From NCBI GenBank assembly GCA_015059375.1, contig SVAN01000006.1, positions 1-53,708 of the forward strand: DNA of 53,708 bases, written 5' to 3'. The notes beneath the pieces are model-generated. The model did no database searches and was not told the DNA's origin. It worked only from the letters and a program-made list of their open reading frames with translations. The stretch is from Bacillota bacterium. GTDB taxonomy: Bacteria > Bacillota_I > Bacilli_A > RF39 > UBA660. A program made the position numbers and the translations under genes. Below are positions 10,026-19,747 of this stretch, in pieces. How positions within the stretch are numbered: position 1 is the first letter of the stretch; the number at the start of each line of letters is the position of its first letter.

Positions 10026-10034
10026 GGAGGAAAA

Positions 10035-10736
10035 ATGGATCTTTTTGAAGAATATGTTAAAGGATATGATTTTAACAATGACAAGATTGTTAGAAAATAT
10101 AAGCATACTTTGCGAGTCAAGGCTTTGTGTGAGGTAATTGCTGAGGATTTAAATTTAAATAATGAACAAAAAAAGATTGCTAGTTTATGTGGATTGTATC
10201 ATGACATAGCTAGATTTGAACAAGCGACAAGATATAATAGCTTTGATGATGATAAAACTATTGACCACGGGGATTTAGGATATGAAATTTTTTTAAATGA
10301 ATTTGCTGATAAATTGCAGTTAAATCAAAAAGATCGCATGATAATTGCTAAAAGTATTTTATATCACAATAAATATGATGTTGAGGCGGTTAGTGAAGAA
10401 GAACTTTTATTTATAAAAATTGTTCGTGATGCGGATAAGATTGACATTTTATATCAGTATGCTAATGTTCCCGGGATGCTTCGAGATGGAAAAAGTGCAA
10501 TTAGCATAAAGTGTCATGAAGAGTTTATGAAGCATCATCCTTTAAAATGGGGCGATATAATTAATAAAAGAGATGGGATTTTGTTGTCTTTAGCATTTGT
10601 TTGGGATTTGAATTTCCCATGTTCTTTCAAAATAATTAAAGAAAATAAATACTATGAAAAAATGGAAAAGGTTTTAAATAATGAAGTATTTAGTCAATAC
10701 TTTGCGATTATAAAATCTTATTTAAAGGAGAAGTAA
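10035..10736 (+). CDS. HD-domain metal-dependent phosphohydrolase
   Basis: KHTLRV...LYHDIARFEQ...DHGDLG...YHNKY...RDADKIDI. Confidence 0.88.
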   Translation: MDLFEEYVKGYDFNNDKIVRKYKHTLRVKALCEVIAEDLNLNNEQKKIASLCGLYHDIARFEQATRYNSFDDDKTIDHGDLGYEIFLNEFADKLQLNQKDRMIIAKSILYHNKYDVEAVSEEELLFIKIVRDADKIDILYQYANVPGMLRDGKSAISIKCHEEFMKHHPLKWGDIINKRDGILLSLAFVWDLNFPCSFKIIKENKYYEKMEKVLNNEVFSQYFAIIKSYLKEK

Positions 10737-10739
10737 TAA

Positions 10740-13241
10740 ATGGAAATAAAATATAATTTTAAAACAGTTGAAGAAAATAAATATGATTATTGGTTAAAGA
10801 ATGATTTATTTAAAAGTGGTAAGGATAAGAGGAAAGATGCGTTTGCAATAGTTATTCCCCCTCCGAATGTAACAGGTAATTTACATATTGGGCATGCTTG
10901 GAATACCACAATTCAGGACATTATAATTCGATATAAAAAACTAAATGGATATGATGTTTTGTGGCTTCCAGGAATGGACCATGCTGGAATTGCTACTCAA
11001 GCGAAAGTAGATAAAAAATTAAAGGAAATGGGGATAAATCCACGTGAACTGTCTAGAGAAAAATGGCTAGAATATGCTTGGGACTGGAAAAAAGAATATT
11101 CAGAAAATATTCATCGTCAATGGGCTAAAATGGGTTTAGCTTTGGATTATTCAAAAGAAAGGTTTACTCTTGATGAGGGCCTTTCAAATGCTGTAAAAAA
11201 AGTATTTGTTGATTTATATAACAAGGGTTTAATTTATCAAGGATATCGCATTATTAATTGGGACCCTTATGCGATGACAGCTCTTTCGAATGAGGAGGTA
11301 ATATATAAAGATGTTAAAGGAGCATTTTATCATCTGAAATATTATATTGAAGGAACTGATAAATATTTAGACGTAGCGACTACAAGACCAGAAACTTTAT
11401 TTGGAGATACTGCTGTTGCTGTAAATCCAGATGATGATCGATATAAAGAATTAATTGGGAAAAAAGTTATTTTACCTATTGTAAATCGTTTAATTCCAAT
11501 TATTGGTGATGAGCATGCTGATCCAGAATTTGGAACGGGCTGTGTAAAAATTACTCCGGCACATGACCCAAATGATTATGAAGTTGGATTGCGTCATAAC
11601 TTAGAGCAAATAATTTGTATGAATCCGGACGCAACGATGAATGAAAAATGTGGTAAATATCAGGGATTGTCTAGAGAAGAATGCCGTGAAGCGTTACTTG
11701 AAGATTTACAAAATGATAAACTATTAATTAGCGTAGAAGAAATAACCCACAATGTAGGCCATAGCGAAAGAAGTGGGGTTATGGTTGAGCCTTATCTTTC
11801 AAAACAATGGTTTGTAAAAATGCGTCCTTTAGCGGACAGAGTGTTAGATAATCAAAAAAATAAAAATACGAAAGTAAATTTTGTTCCAAGAAGATTTGAA
11901 AAAATTATGAATCACTGGATGGAGATTACTTATGATTGGTGTATTTCTCGTCAGTTATGGTGGGGACATAGAATTCCGGCTTGGTATAAAGATGGAGAAG
12001 TTTACGTGGGAGTTGATGCTCCGAAAGAAGATGGTTGGGTACAAGATTCTGATGTGTTAGACACCTGGTTTTCATCAGCATTATGGCCTTTTTCAACGTT
12101 GGGATGGCCTGAAAATACCGAAGATATAAAAAGGTACTTTCCTAATAGCGTTTTAGTAACTGGTTATGATATTATTCCGTTTTGGGTAAATCGTATGACT
12201 TTTCAATCCCTAGAGTTTACTGGTCAAAGGCCGTTTAAAGACTGTTTGATTCATGGACTTATTCGTGATAAGCAAGGGCGTAAAATGAGTAAATCCTTAG
12301 GTAATGGTGTAGATCCTATTGAAGTTATCAACAATTATGGTGCTGATTCGTTAAGACTTTTTTTGACTACCAATAGTGCTCCGGGTATGGATTTAAGATA
12401 TGATGAAGATAAAGTTAAATCTTCGTGGAATTTTATTAATAAAATATGGAATGCATCAAGGTTTGTCTTAATGAATTGCGAAGGATTAACCAATCTTACT
12501 TTTGATAATCTTTTGGATCGAGATAAATGGATTTTAACTAAATATAATGAAACAATTAAAGCTGTAAGTAAATATATGGAAAGATATGAATTCCATAATG
12601 CATATGCTGTTTTATACAAATTTATTTGGGAAGAGTTTTGTGATTGGTATATCGAACTTGCTAAAATTAATCCTACAGAAACTACAAAAAGTGTTTTAAT
12701 TAAGGTTTTAACCGGAATTGTTAAGATGTTGCATCCGTTTATACCTTTTGTTACTGAAGAAATTTATCAAAATTTACCATTCAAAGAAGCTATATCAATC
12801 ATGGAAAGCAGTTACCCTAATTTTAATAAAAAAGAAATTTTTGATATTAGTTTATTCGATGCTGTCTTAGATGATATTGTAAAAATAAGAAATTTTAAAG
12901 CAGAAAATAACATTACCAATTCGGATGAAGTTAGGGTTGTAAAGACTACTGATGAAGCCTTATATAAGGGAATGTTAAGATTTAAAAATATTTCTGATGA
13001 AGATAAAGAGGGCTTAGTTTATGAGTCAAATTTATCGAAACTTGTATTCTATGTTGAAGTAAAACAAGAGGATGAAAGCGCAAAACAAAAAGAAATTGAA
13101 TTTTTGGAAAATTCAATTAAAAGAAGACAGAGCTTATTAGCTAACGAAGGATATATAAAGAAAGCGCCAATAAATATTGTTGAAGCAGAAAGAAATAAGT
13201 TAGCTGAAGAATTAGAAAAATTAACAAAATTAAGAGGATAA
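10740..13241 (+). CDS. valS: Valine--tRNA ligase
   Basis: [42 protein letters not shown]-terminal coiled coil. Confidence 0.98.
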   Translation: MEIKYNFKTVEENKYDYWLKNDLFKSGKDKRKDAFAIVIPPPNVTGNLHIGHAWNTTIQDIIIRYKKLNGYDVLWLPGMDHAGIATQAKVDKKLKEMGINPRELSREKWLEYAWDWKKEYSENIHRQWAKMGLALDYSKERFTLDEGLSNAVKKVFVDLYNKGLIYQGYRIINWDPYAMTALSNEEVIYKDVKGAFYHLKYYIEGTDKYLDVATTRPETLFGDTAVAVNPDDDRYKELIGKKVILPIVNRLIPIIGDEHADPEFGTGCVKITPAHDPNDYEVGLRHNLEQIICMNPDATMNEKCGKYQGLSREECREALLEDLQNDKLLISVEEITHNVGHSERSGVMVEPYLSKQWFVKMRPLADRVLDNQKNKNTKVNFVPRRFEKIMNHWMEITYDWCISRQLWWGHRIPAWYKDGEVYVGVDAPKEDGWVQDSDVLDTWFSSALWPFSTLGWPENTEDIKRYFPNSVLVTGYDIIPFWVNRMTFQSLEFTGQRPFKDCLIHGLIRDKQGRKMSKSLGNGVDPIEVINNYGADSLRLFLTTNSAPGMDLRYDEDKVKSSWNFINKIWNASRFVLMNCEGLTNLTFDNLLDRDKWILTKYNETIKAVSKYMERYEFHNAYAVLYKFIWEEFCDWYIELAKINPTETTKSVLIKVLTGIVKMLHPFIPFVTEEIYQNLPFKEAISIMESSYPNFNKKEIFDISLFDAVLDDIVKIRNFKAENNITNSDEVRVVKTTDEALYKGMLRFKNISDEDKEGLVYESNLSKLVFYVEVKQEDESAKQKEIEFLENSIKRRQSLLANEGYIKKAPINIVEAERNKLAEELEKLTKLRG

Positions 13242-13254
13242 AAGCCTCTTTTTT
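13232..13254 (+). terminator. Intrinsic terminator after valS
   Basis: AAGAGG-ataaaag-CCTCTT followed by a T-run. Confidence 0.7.
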
Positions 13255-13332
13255 AGTGTAATAAAAGGCAATAGTCATTGACTTGTAAGATAAATTATAG
13301 TACCATAATGTTAGTTAAGTGGGTGGAAAATT

Positions 13333-14985
13333 ATGAATATTAGCGAAGAAATAAAAAATGCTGTTTTAGATATTGAAACGAGGAGCCAAGAAGCTTTACG
13401 CGGGGCTTTTATTTTATCTTCGAATGGTAAATTTATTATTAAAGATGAAGCCGAAAGATATGAAGAACTTTTAAAAGATTTAGCTGCTGTTAAGGAATAT
13501 GAAAAATATGTATCAGCACATCGTCGACTTGTAAAAAAGTATGAATATTTGAAATCTCGGGCAAATGATCGTAATGCCTTGGGAGTAGCTCCTGAAAAAG
13601 ACACCGATAAAAAAATTGTTCAAGAAAATGGCGCTACTATTTCAGATTCTGAAGAAAGAATTATTCAAGGTCCGAGTGCTCCTCAAACTGGGGTATCTTC
13701 TCCGCTAAATGATATGGAACACGGTGCGATTAAAGAGGAACTTGAAGATGATACCGTAAAAAAAGAAGATGATAAAAAAATCGTTCAAGAAAATGGCGCT
13801 ACTGTTTCCGATCCTGAAGAAAGAATTATTCAAGGCTCAGGTGCTCCTCGGACAGGAGTATCTTCTCCACTAGTTGATATGGAACGCGGTGCGATTAAAG
13901 AGGAACTTGAAGATGATACCGTAAAAAAAGAAGATGATAAAAAAATCGTTCAAGAAAATGGCGCTACTGTTTCCGATCCTGAAGAAAGAATTATTCAAGG
14001 CTCAGGTGATCCTCGGACAGGAGTATCTTCTCCGCTAGTTGATATGGAACGTGGTGCAATTACTGTAAACTTTAATGATGAAAAAAAAGCGCTAGTTGAT
14101 GAGTCTGAACAAACTAATAATAAAAGTGATGAACAATTATTTCAAGATTCATCTATATATAGTTTTAGAAGAGATCAAATTATTCAAGATATTCCTTTTA
14201 GAGATAAGACACCACAAATTTTTGAAACCCCTGGAATGCCTCTTGATATGATAATAGAGTCACAAAATAAGATTAATTCGGTTCCAGAAATCGATTACAA
14301 AACTTATGTTGATCCATTACAAGCGGAAATAGATCGTCGTATGGCGGAAGCTGATAAAGCGAAGAAGAAAAATGAAGGAGGATCAACTCACGAAATGACC
14401 CCAGAAGAAATCGAAGAAGCAAGAAAGAGAATTGCCCAATCTGATCCTAAAAAAGATGATAACAGTCGTCCAATGACAGAAGAGGAAATTGAAGAATCTC
14501 GCCGTAAAATTTCTGGAAGTGATTCGGAAACGTTTATAATTGATGACGCCGATTTACAACAACCTAAGGAAGATAAAAAAGAAAAGAAAACAGGTAAAAA
14601 AAGAAAAGTAACTAATCGTAAAAAATTTGATTGGAAAAATAATATTATTACGCAAGGATTTGGTAAAGCTTATGTAGTTATTAAAGGCTTAGTATTTGGT
14701 GAAAATGTAACTGGAAGAACTAAAGACTATGCTATGATTAGTTCACAAATTGGTAATTTTAGAGCAAATTATAAAACGAGAACTCCAGAAGTAAATAATA
14801 TAGGATTAGAGGCAATTGATAAAAAAATTGTTGAATCTAGTCAGTTAACTTTTGAGGAAAAGAAATTGCTTTATAAAAAATTAGCTAAAATGGCTCGCAA
14901 AGTTGTTAGATTAAATAGAAAACAACAAGCTGATGCTATTAAAAATAGTAATAGTATAGCTGAAGAATTATCTAAAGCAAGATAG
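13333..14985 (+). CDS. Hypothetical acidic/charged protein with internal tandem repeats
   Basis: 550-aa ORF with its own promoter-like TTGACT-17-TACCAT (13278-13306); no recognisable domain. Confidence 0.8.
   Translation: MNISEEIKNAVLDIETRSQEALRGAFILSSNGKFIIKDEAERYEELLKDLAAVKEYEKYVSAHRRLVKKYEYLKSRANDRNALGVAPEKDTDKKIVQENGATISDSEERIIQGPSAPQTGVSSPLNDMEHGAIKEELEDDTVKKEDDKKIVQENGATVSDPEERIIQGSGAPRTGVSSPLVDMERGAIKEELEDDTVKKEDDKKIVQENGATVSDPEERIIQGSGDPRTGVSSPLVDMERGAITVNFNDEKKALVDESEQTNNKSDEQLFQDSSIYSFRRDQIIQDIPFRDKTPQIFETPGMPLDMIIESQNKINSVPEIDYKTYVDPLQAEIDRRMAEADKAKKKNEGGSTHEMTPEEIEEARKRIAQSDPKKDDNSRPMTEEEIEESRRKISGSDSETFIIDDADLQQPKEDKKEKKTGKKRKVTNRKKFDWKNNIITQGFGKAYVVIKGLVFGENVTGRTKDYAMISSQIGNFRANYKTRTPEVNNIGLEAIDKKIVESSQLTFEEKKLLYKKLAKMARKVVRLNRKQQADAIKNSNSIAEELSKAR
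13606..14061 (+). repeat. Intragenic 165-bp (55-aa) tandem repeat, about 2.75 copies
   Basis: Units start at 13606, 13771 and 13936 (DKKIVQENGATVSDPEERIIQGSGAPRTGVSSPLVDMERGAIKEELEDDTVKKED); copies 2 and 3 are nearly identical at the DNA level. Confidence 0.95.
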
Positions 14986-14994
14986 GAGAAATAT

Positions 14995-15249
14995 ATGGGT
15001 GTTGACGAAATAATTACATTAGAAGATGGTAAAGAATATGTTTTGTTGATAGAAACTTTACATGAAGGTGAAAAGTATTTTCTAGCTGTTGAAGCAATTA
15101 ATAATGTTCCAAGTGATAATTATGAATTATTTAAGGAAATAAATGAAAATGGTGAATTATCTGTAGAAGAGGTTGTAGACGAAAAATTACGTTTACAACT
15201 AATCGACAAATTAGAAGATTTGTATGATGCTATGGACGAAGAAGATTAA
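14995..15249 (+). CDS. Small acidic protein, DUF1292-like
   Basis: IITLEDGKEYVLL...EGEKYFLAV pattern; AGGAG RBS. Confidence 0.65.
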   Translation: MGVDEIITLEDGKEYVLLIETLHEGEKYFLAVEAINNVPSDNYELFKEINENGELSVEEVVDEKLRLQLIDKLEDLYDAMDEED

Positions 15250-15318
15250 GAAGTTTTAAACTTTTTAATCTTTTTTTAGATAAAATACTATTAATGAGGG
15301 TATTATATAGATAAGGAG

Positions 15319-15705
15319 ATGATAATAATGATACCAGGACGAATATTTGATGATTTACTAGGAGTGGAAAAAACGCCAGCTTCTCGCAGTATGCTATGTG
15401 ATATTAGCGAGGACGATAATGCATATTATTTGGAGCTTGAGATTCCTGGCTTTGCTAAGGATGATATCAAAATTGAGTATGATAAAGGAATTTTGAAAAT
15501 TGTTGCTGAAAAAACAATTTCTTCGACAGATGATAAAAATTATATACATCGCGAGAGACGCAGTTATTCTAAATGTGAAAGGGCCTTTTCTTTAACAGAT
15601 GTTGACGAAGATGCAATAAAAGCTATTTTTAATAATGGTATACTTCAGATTAATGTTCCAAAATTAGAGAAGCAAGAAACTAAAAAAATAGTTAATATCG
15701 ATTAA
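15319..15705 (+). CDS. Hsp20/alpha-crystallin small heat-shock protein
   Basis: DISEDDNAYYLELEIPGF, ERAFSL, AIFNNGILQINVPK. Confidence 0.93.
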   Translation: MIIMIPGRIFDDLLGVEKTPASRSMLCDISEDDNAYYLELEIPGFAKDDIKIEYDKGILKIVAEKTISSTDDKNYIHRERRSYSKCERAFSLTDVDEDAIKAIFNNGILQINVPKLEKQETKKIVNID

Positions 15706-15728
15706 AAACCAATTTTTATTGGTTTTTT
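15704..15728 (+). terminator. Intrinsic terminator after hsp20
   Basis: AAAAACCAAT-tttt-ATTGGTTTTT. Confidence 0.7.
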
Positions 15729-15766
15729 GTTTGGAATTAGATATAATTGAACAAAGAAGGAAAAAA

Positions 15767-16018
15767 ATGAACGAGGAATTGTCAAAATATTTGCCAAAGG
15801 AAGATTCTTGGTTAGTTCTAAGAGAAAATGGACTTTTATTGAGTGATTATCATGTTGAAGTATTGTTAAGAAATGGTATAAATTATCAAAACTATACTAG
15901 TATCAAAGAAATTCTATTTGCAATCAACGATATTTTAGACGAAGATTATGATGAAGAATTGGATTTAATCGCTAAGCAAATTGATGAAAGAAATTATTAT
16001 AATAGCAAAAAGAACTAA
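15767..16018 (+). CDS. Hypothetical protein (~83 aa)
   Basis: ATG at 15767 after an AAGG RBS; acidic and helical. Confidence 0.7.
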   Translation: MNEELSKYLPKEDSWLVLRENGLLLSDYHVEVLLRNGINYQNYTSIKEILFAINDILDEDYDEELDLIAKQIDERNYYNSKKN

Positions 16019-16055
16019 TTATTATTTGGCAATTATAATATTATAGTAGGTGTTT

Positions 16056-16787
16056 ATGAAGAAACTTGTATGTTTTATTTTAATGTTTTTTGTAGGAATC
16101 ATGGTCATCAGTGCTGATACGGATGTTCAAAAAGTAGATTTTGTTCGGTGCGTTGATGGCGATACTGCGGTATTTAAAGTTGATGGTGAAGAAATAAAAT
16201 TCCGTTTTTTGGCAATTGATACTCCAGAGACGGTTCATCCTACTCAAGAGGCAGAAGCTTTTGGGAAAAATGCTAGTGAATATACTTGTAACAAATTGTC
16301 GAACGCCAATAGCATTGTTGTTGAGTATGAAAATTCCAACAAAAAAGATAAGTATGGTCGTTATTTAGGCTGGATTTGGGTTGATGGTATTTTGCTTCAA
16401 AAGGAATTAATTAGTGTAGGATATGCGCAAGTAGCATATATATATGGAACGTATCGATACACAGAGAGCTTATGCTTAGTGCAAAAAAAAGCGAAAGCGG
16501 CAAATTTGGGGTTGTGGCAGGATAATTATGAAGAAGGATATTGCTCTACCATTGATTTAACTAATGTTGAAGATATTATTAATTATGATAACATAACAAA
16601 TAATTCTGGTGAGACTATAACGGAAGAAGAAAAAGAACTTATTGGGGTTTTAGAATCCTTAGATAATATAACTAAAAAAGTTTCAAGCTTTAGTCGTAAT
16701 AATAATGATTTGATTTCCAATATTTATTTATATTTAATGCTAGGAGCAGCAGTTATTTCTATTATTTTTAAAAGTATCAAAAAATAA
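16056..16787 (+). CDS. Thermonuclease (SNase) family secreted nuclease with C-terminal membrane anchor
   Basis: Signal peptide; VDGDT, RFLAIDTPE, DKYGRYLG; C-terminal TM followed by KSIKK. Confidence 0.9.
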   Translation: MKKLVCFILMFFVGIMVISADTDVQKVDFVRCVDGDTAVFKVDGEEIKFRFLAIDTPETVHPTQEAEAFGKNASEYTCNKLSNANSIVVEYENSNKKDKYGRYLGWIWVDGILLQKELISVGYAQVAYIYGTYRYTESLCLVQKKAKAANLGLWQDNYEEGYCSTIDLTNVEDIINYDNITNNSGETITEEEKELIGVLESLDNITKKVSSFSRNNNDLISNIYLYLMLGAAVISIIFKSIKK

Positions 16788-16904
16788 TTAGAGTCATTGA
16801 GGTAAGTAATGTAAATTGACATGCACATCGTTGCGTGTTTTTTATATAATCTAAAGCCCAAGCCATTTTATGTTTTCTTAATAAAATATAAATAGGGTGA
16901 AATA

Positions 16905-17696
16905 ATGTTATCATATTTTTTTAGTTTAAGTTATCCGGTTCAAGCTTTTATTGCGTGTATGGTGACCTGGGGAATAACATCTCTAGGTGCGGCAATAGTT
17001 TTTTTCTTTAAAAAGGTAAATAAAAATCTTTTGGATGGAATGTTGGGGTTAGCTGCGGGTGTAATGATTGCTGCTTCATTTTTTTCGCTTTTAAATCCGG
17101 CCTTATCCTTATCTGAAGAATTAGACATGATTCCGTGGTTGGTGGCTTTTATAGGCTTTTTTTCCGGCGGATTATTACTGTTTATTGGGGATAAAGTGTT
17201 TCCTAAAATTATTAATCATGCCAAAGAAAATAAAAGTAAACGCGCTTTAATGTTGGTTTTATCGATTACGTTGCATAATATTCCCGAAGGGTTAGCTATC
17301 GGGGTTGCATTTGGTTCGATTGCTTATGGAATAAAGGGGGCCACTGCGTTATCTGCTTTGCTTCTTGCAATTGGAATTGGAATTCAAAATTTTCCTGAAG
17401 GTACAGCTGTGAGCTTGCCGCTTCGACGTGAAGGCTTTTCTCGAAAAAAAGCTTTCGTAATTGGCAGTTTAACTGGCGTTGTTGAGCCAATATGCGGCTT
17501 AATTGGCGCACTACTAGTGTTAAAAGTACGAATGGTTTTGCCATTTTTACTAGCCTTTGCCGCGGGCGCAATGATATATGTAGTAGTCGAGGAGTTAATA
17601 CCTGAAAGTCAATCAAATAAATCAAAAGATGTAATGGCTTTATTTACAATTCTTGGATTTTCTATAATGATGATATTAGATGTCGCTTTAGGATAA
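16905..17696 (+). CDS. ZIP-family metal transporter (ZupT/GufA-like)
   Basis: ITLHNIPEGLAIG, IQNFPEG, AAGAMIYVVVEELIPE; about 8 TM helices. Confidence 0.92.
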   Translation: MLSYFFSLSYPVQAFIACMVTWGITSLGAAIVFFFKKVNKNLLDGMLGLAAGVMIAASFFSLLNPALSLSEELDMIPWLVAFIGFFSGGLLLFIGDKVFPKIINHAKENKSKRALMLVLSITLHNIPEGLAIGVAFGSIAYGIKGATALSALLLAIGIGIQNFPEGTAVSLPLRREGFSRKKAFVIGSLTGVVEPICGLIGALLVLKVRMVLPFLLAFAAGAMIYVVVEELIPESQSNKSKDVMALFTILGFSIMMILDVALG

Positions 17697-17790
17697 TTGA
17701 CGATTGTTTTACAAAATATTAGTGCAAATCTAGAGTATTTTTATCAGTTATAGTATAATTTAGGGTGAAGAATAGGAAGGAGGGATAGCG

Positions 17791-19737
17791 ATGAAGAAGT
17801 TTTTTATAAATTTTTTCTTAGTTATTACCTCTTTCTTTTGTTTTTCTTTGAATCTTGATGCTGCAACTATAAAAGCTAAAATTACTTATAATGATGTTAA
17901 TTTAAGAACTGGTCCGGGAACAAATCATACTTATTTGAAAAAGCTTGCAATTAATTCAGAATTTGATTTTGTAAGTACAGAAAAATATGCTGATGAAAGT
18001 GGTTGTAGTGCGGGTTGGTATAAAATATATTATTCGAAAAGCGAAGAAGGGTATATATGTTCAGACTATGTAACAATTTTAACAATTGAAGAAATCCATG
18101 ATACACCAACTACAGAGTGTGAAATTGCTTTGGTAGAGGCAGGATTTCCTAAATCATATTGGCCAGCGTTATGTGGTTTAAAAAGTAAATATCCCAATTG
18201 GACTTTTGAGGCTGATGTTAATGGTTTAGACTTTGCTACTGCGGTATCCAAAGAAGCTGTTGGTAAGAAATCATTAATTCAAACTTCAAATCAAGGATAT
18301 TTATCTACAAGTACAGATTCGTATGATTACTTAAGTGATCTTTTTGTCGTTAAAGAAGGTAGTAATTGGTATTCTGCGAATGAAGAAGTAGTAGCATATT
18401 ATATGGATCCTCGTAATTTTTTTGATGAAAAATACATTTTTATGTTTGAAAAATTGTCTTTTGATGAAAATTATCAAACTGTAGAAGCAGTACAAAGTGT
18501 TTTGCATGGTCGCGATTTATTTCCTAATTCACAAATTATTTTTGATTCTGCAAAGGCTAACAACATTAATGCTATTTATTTAGCCAGTCGAATTCGTCAA
18601 GAAACTGGTGCAAATTTTTCTAGTTATTCTTTAGCTGGGCATACTATAACTTATAATGGGGTTACTTTTGATCATGTGTATAATCCATATAATATTGGTG
18701 CAAATACTGGGGCATATGATGGCCTTGTGTGGGCTGTAGCCGGTAATACCTATTTACGTCCGTGGACCACTGTTGATAATGCTATCAGTGGAGGGGCAGA
18801 GCTAATATCAGCTACTTATATTTCTCAAGGGCAAGATTCTGGTTATTTTCAAAAATTTAATACCAGTTCTTATTCTGCTTACTCAGCATATTCTCATCAG
18901 TATATGGCTAACATCAAAGCTGCATATAGCGAAGCTAGTATAGCTTACGATGGTTATTCAGAAATGAATTTGTTAGATAGTACGAACTTTACTTTTGTAA
19001 TACCGGTATATAGTAATATGGAAGAAACCAATTATTCTTTACCAAATGCTGGAAATCCAAATAATCATTTAAAATCTCTTAAAATTAATGGAAATGATTT
19101 AAAGGGATTTTCACATGATGTTTTTGAATATACTCATTACGTTGCTGTATCCAGTAATGAGATTATGCTTGATGCATCTACAATTAATTCTAATGCAGAA
19201 GTAGATGGAATCGGTAAAGTTATTTTAACGGAAAATGAAACTACTATTGAAATAATTGTTACGGCTCAAAACCAAAAAGTCCAAAAATATATTGTAAAAG
19301 TAATTAAAACTGATGGTATAGAAATGAGTGTAAAAGATATTGTGTTAAATATGAGTTTGCCAACCAGTGAAAATTATATGTTACTTGGTGCTGGTTATAG
19401 TGTTGATAGTTTTACTTCACTAGCTCAAAAAGCTGCAGCTACTGCTAAAGTTTCGGTTTCAGGAAAAACTACGGGAAATCTAGTAACTGGTGATATTGTA
19501 ACAATTGTAAATGGAAGTGATAGTTTAACCTACAATATTGTAATTAAGGGCGATTCAACTGGTGATGGAAATATAAATATTCAGGATTTACTAAGAGTCC
19601 AAAAATATATTTTAGGATATGCGGATATGAATGGTAGTTATTTAAAAGCTGGTGACACTAATCAGGATGGAATTGTTGATATCGTTGATTTGTTAAGAAT
19701 CCAAAAACATATTTTAGGTTATTTAACGATAAATTAA
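17791..19737 (+). CDS. Secreted peptidoglycan hydrolase: SH3b + glucosaminidase-like + cadherin-like beta-sandwich + C-terminal dockerin
   Basis: Signal peptide; VNLRTGPGT...WYKI...GYICSDYV (SH3b); YYMDPRNF, SRIRQETG, YNPYNIGA, HQYMANI (glucosaminidase-like); NNHLKSLKING; duplicated Ca-binding dockerin repeats GDSTGDGNINIQDLL and GDTNQDGIVDIVDLL (19549-19734). Confidence 0.85.
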   Translation: MKKFFINFFLVITSFFCFSLNLDAATIKAKITYNDVNLRTGPGTNHTYLKKLAINSEFDFVSTEKYADESGCSAGWYKIYYSKSEEGYICSDYVTILTIEEIHDTPTTECEIALVEAGFPKSYWPALCGLKSKYPNWTFEADVNGLDFATAVSKEAVGKKSLIQTSNQGYLSTSTDSYDYLSDLFVVKEGSNWYSANEEVVAYYMDPRNFFDEKYIFMFEKLSFDENYQTVEAVQSVLHGRDLFPNSQIIFDSAKANNINAIYLASRIRQETGANFSSYSLAGHTITYNGVTFDHVYNPYNIGANTGAYDGLVWAVAGNTYLRPWTTVDNAISGGAELISATYISQGQDSGYFQKFNTSSYSAYSAYSHQYMANIKAAYSEASIAYDGYSEMNLLDSTNFTFVIPVYSNMEETNYSLPNAGNPNNHLKSLKINGNDLKGFSHDVFEYTHYVAVSSNEIMLDASTINSNAEVDGIGKVILTENETTIEIIVTAQNQKVQKYIVKVIKTDGIEMSVKDIVLNMSLPTSENYMLLGAGYSVDSFTSLAQKAAATAKVSVSGKTTGNLVTGDIVTIVNGSDSLTYNIVIKGDSTGDGNINIQDLLRVQKYILGYADMNGSYLKAGDTNQDGIVDIVDLLRIQKHILGYLTIN

Positions 19738-19747
19738 GGAGGTTATA

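Noticed and set aside
13606-14061. Direct repeats considered as a CRISPR array
   Set aside because: They are contiguous in-frame 165-bp coding units with no unique spacers and no cas genes.
16788-16904. Possible metal-sensing riboswitch or Zur box upstream of the ZIP transporter
   Set aside because: Only a terminator-like hairpin (GACATGCA...TGCGTGTTTTTT) is evident, with no recognisable yybP-ykoY or NiCo consensus; a covariance-model search would be needed.
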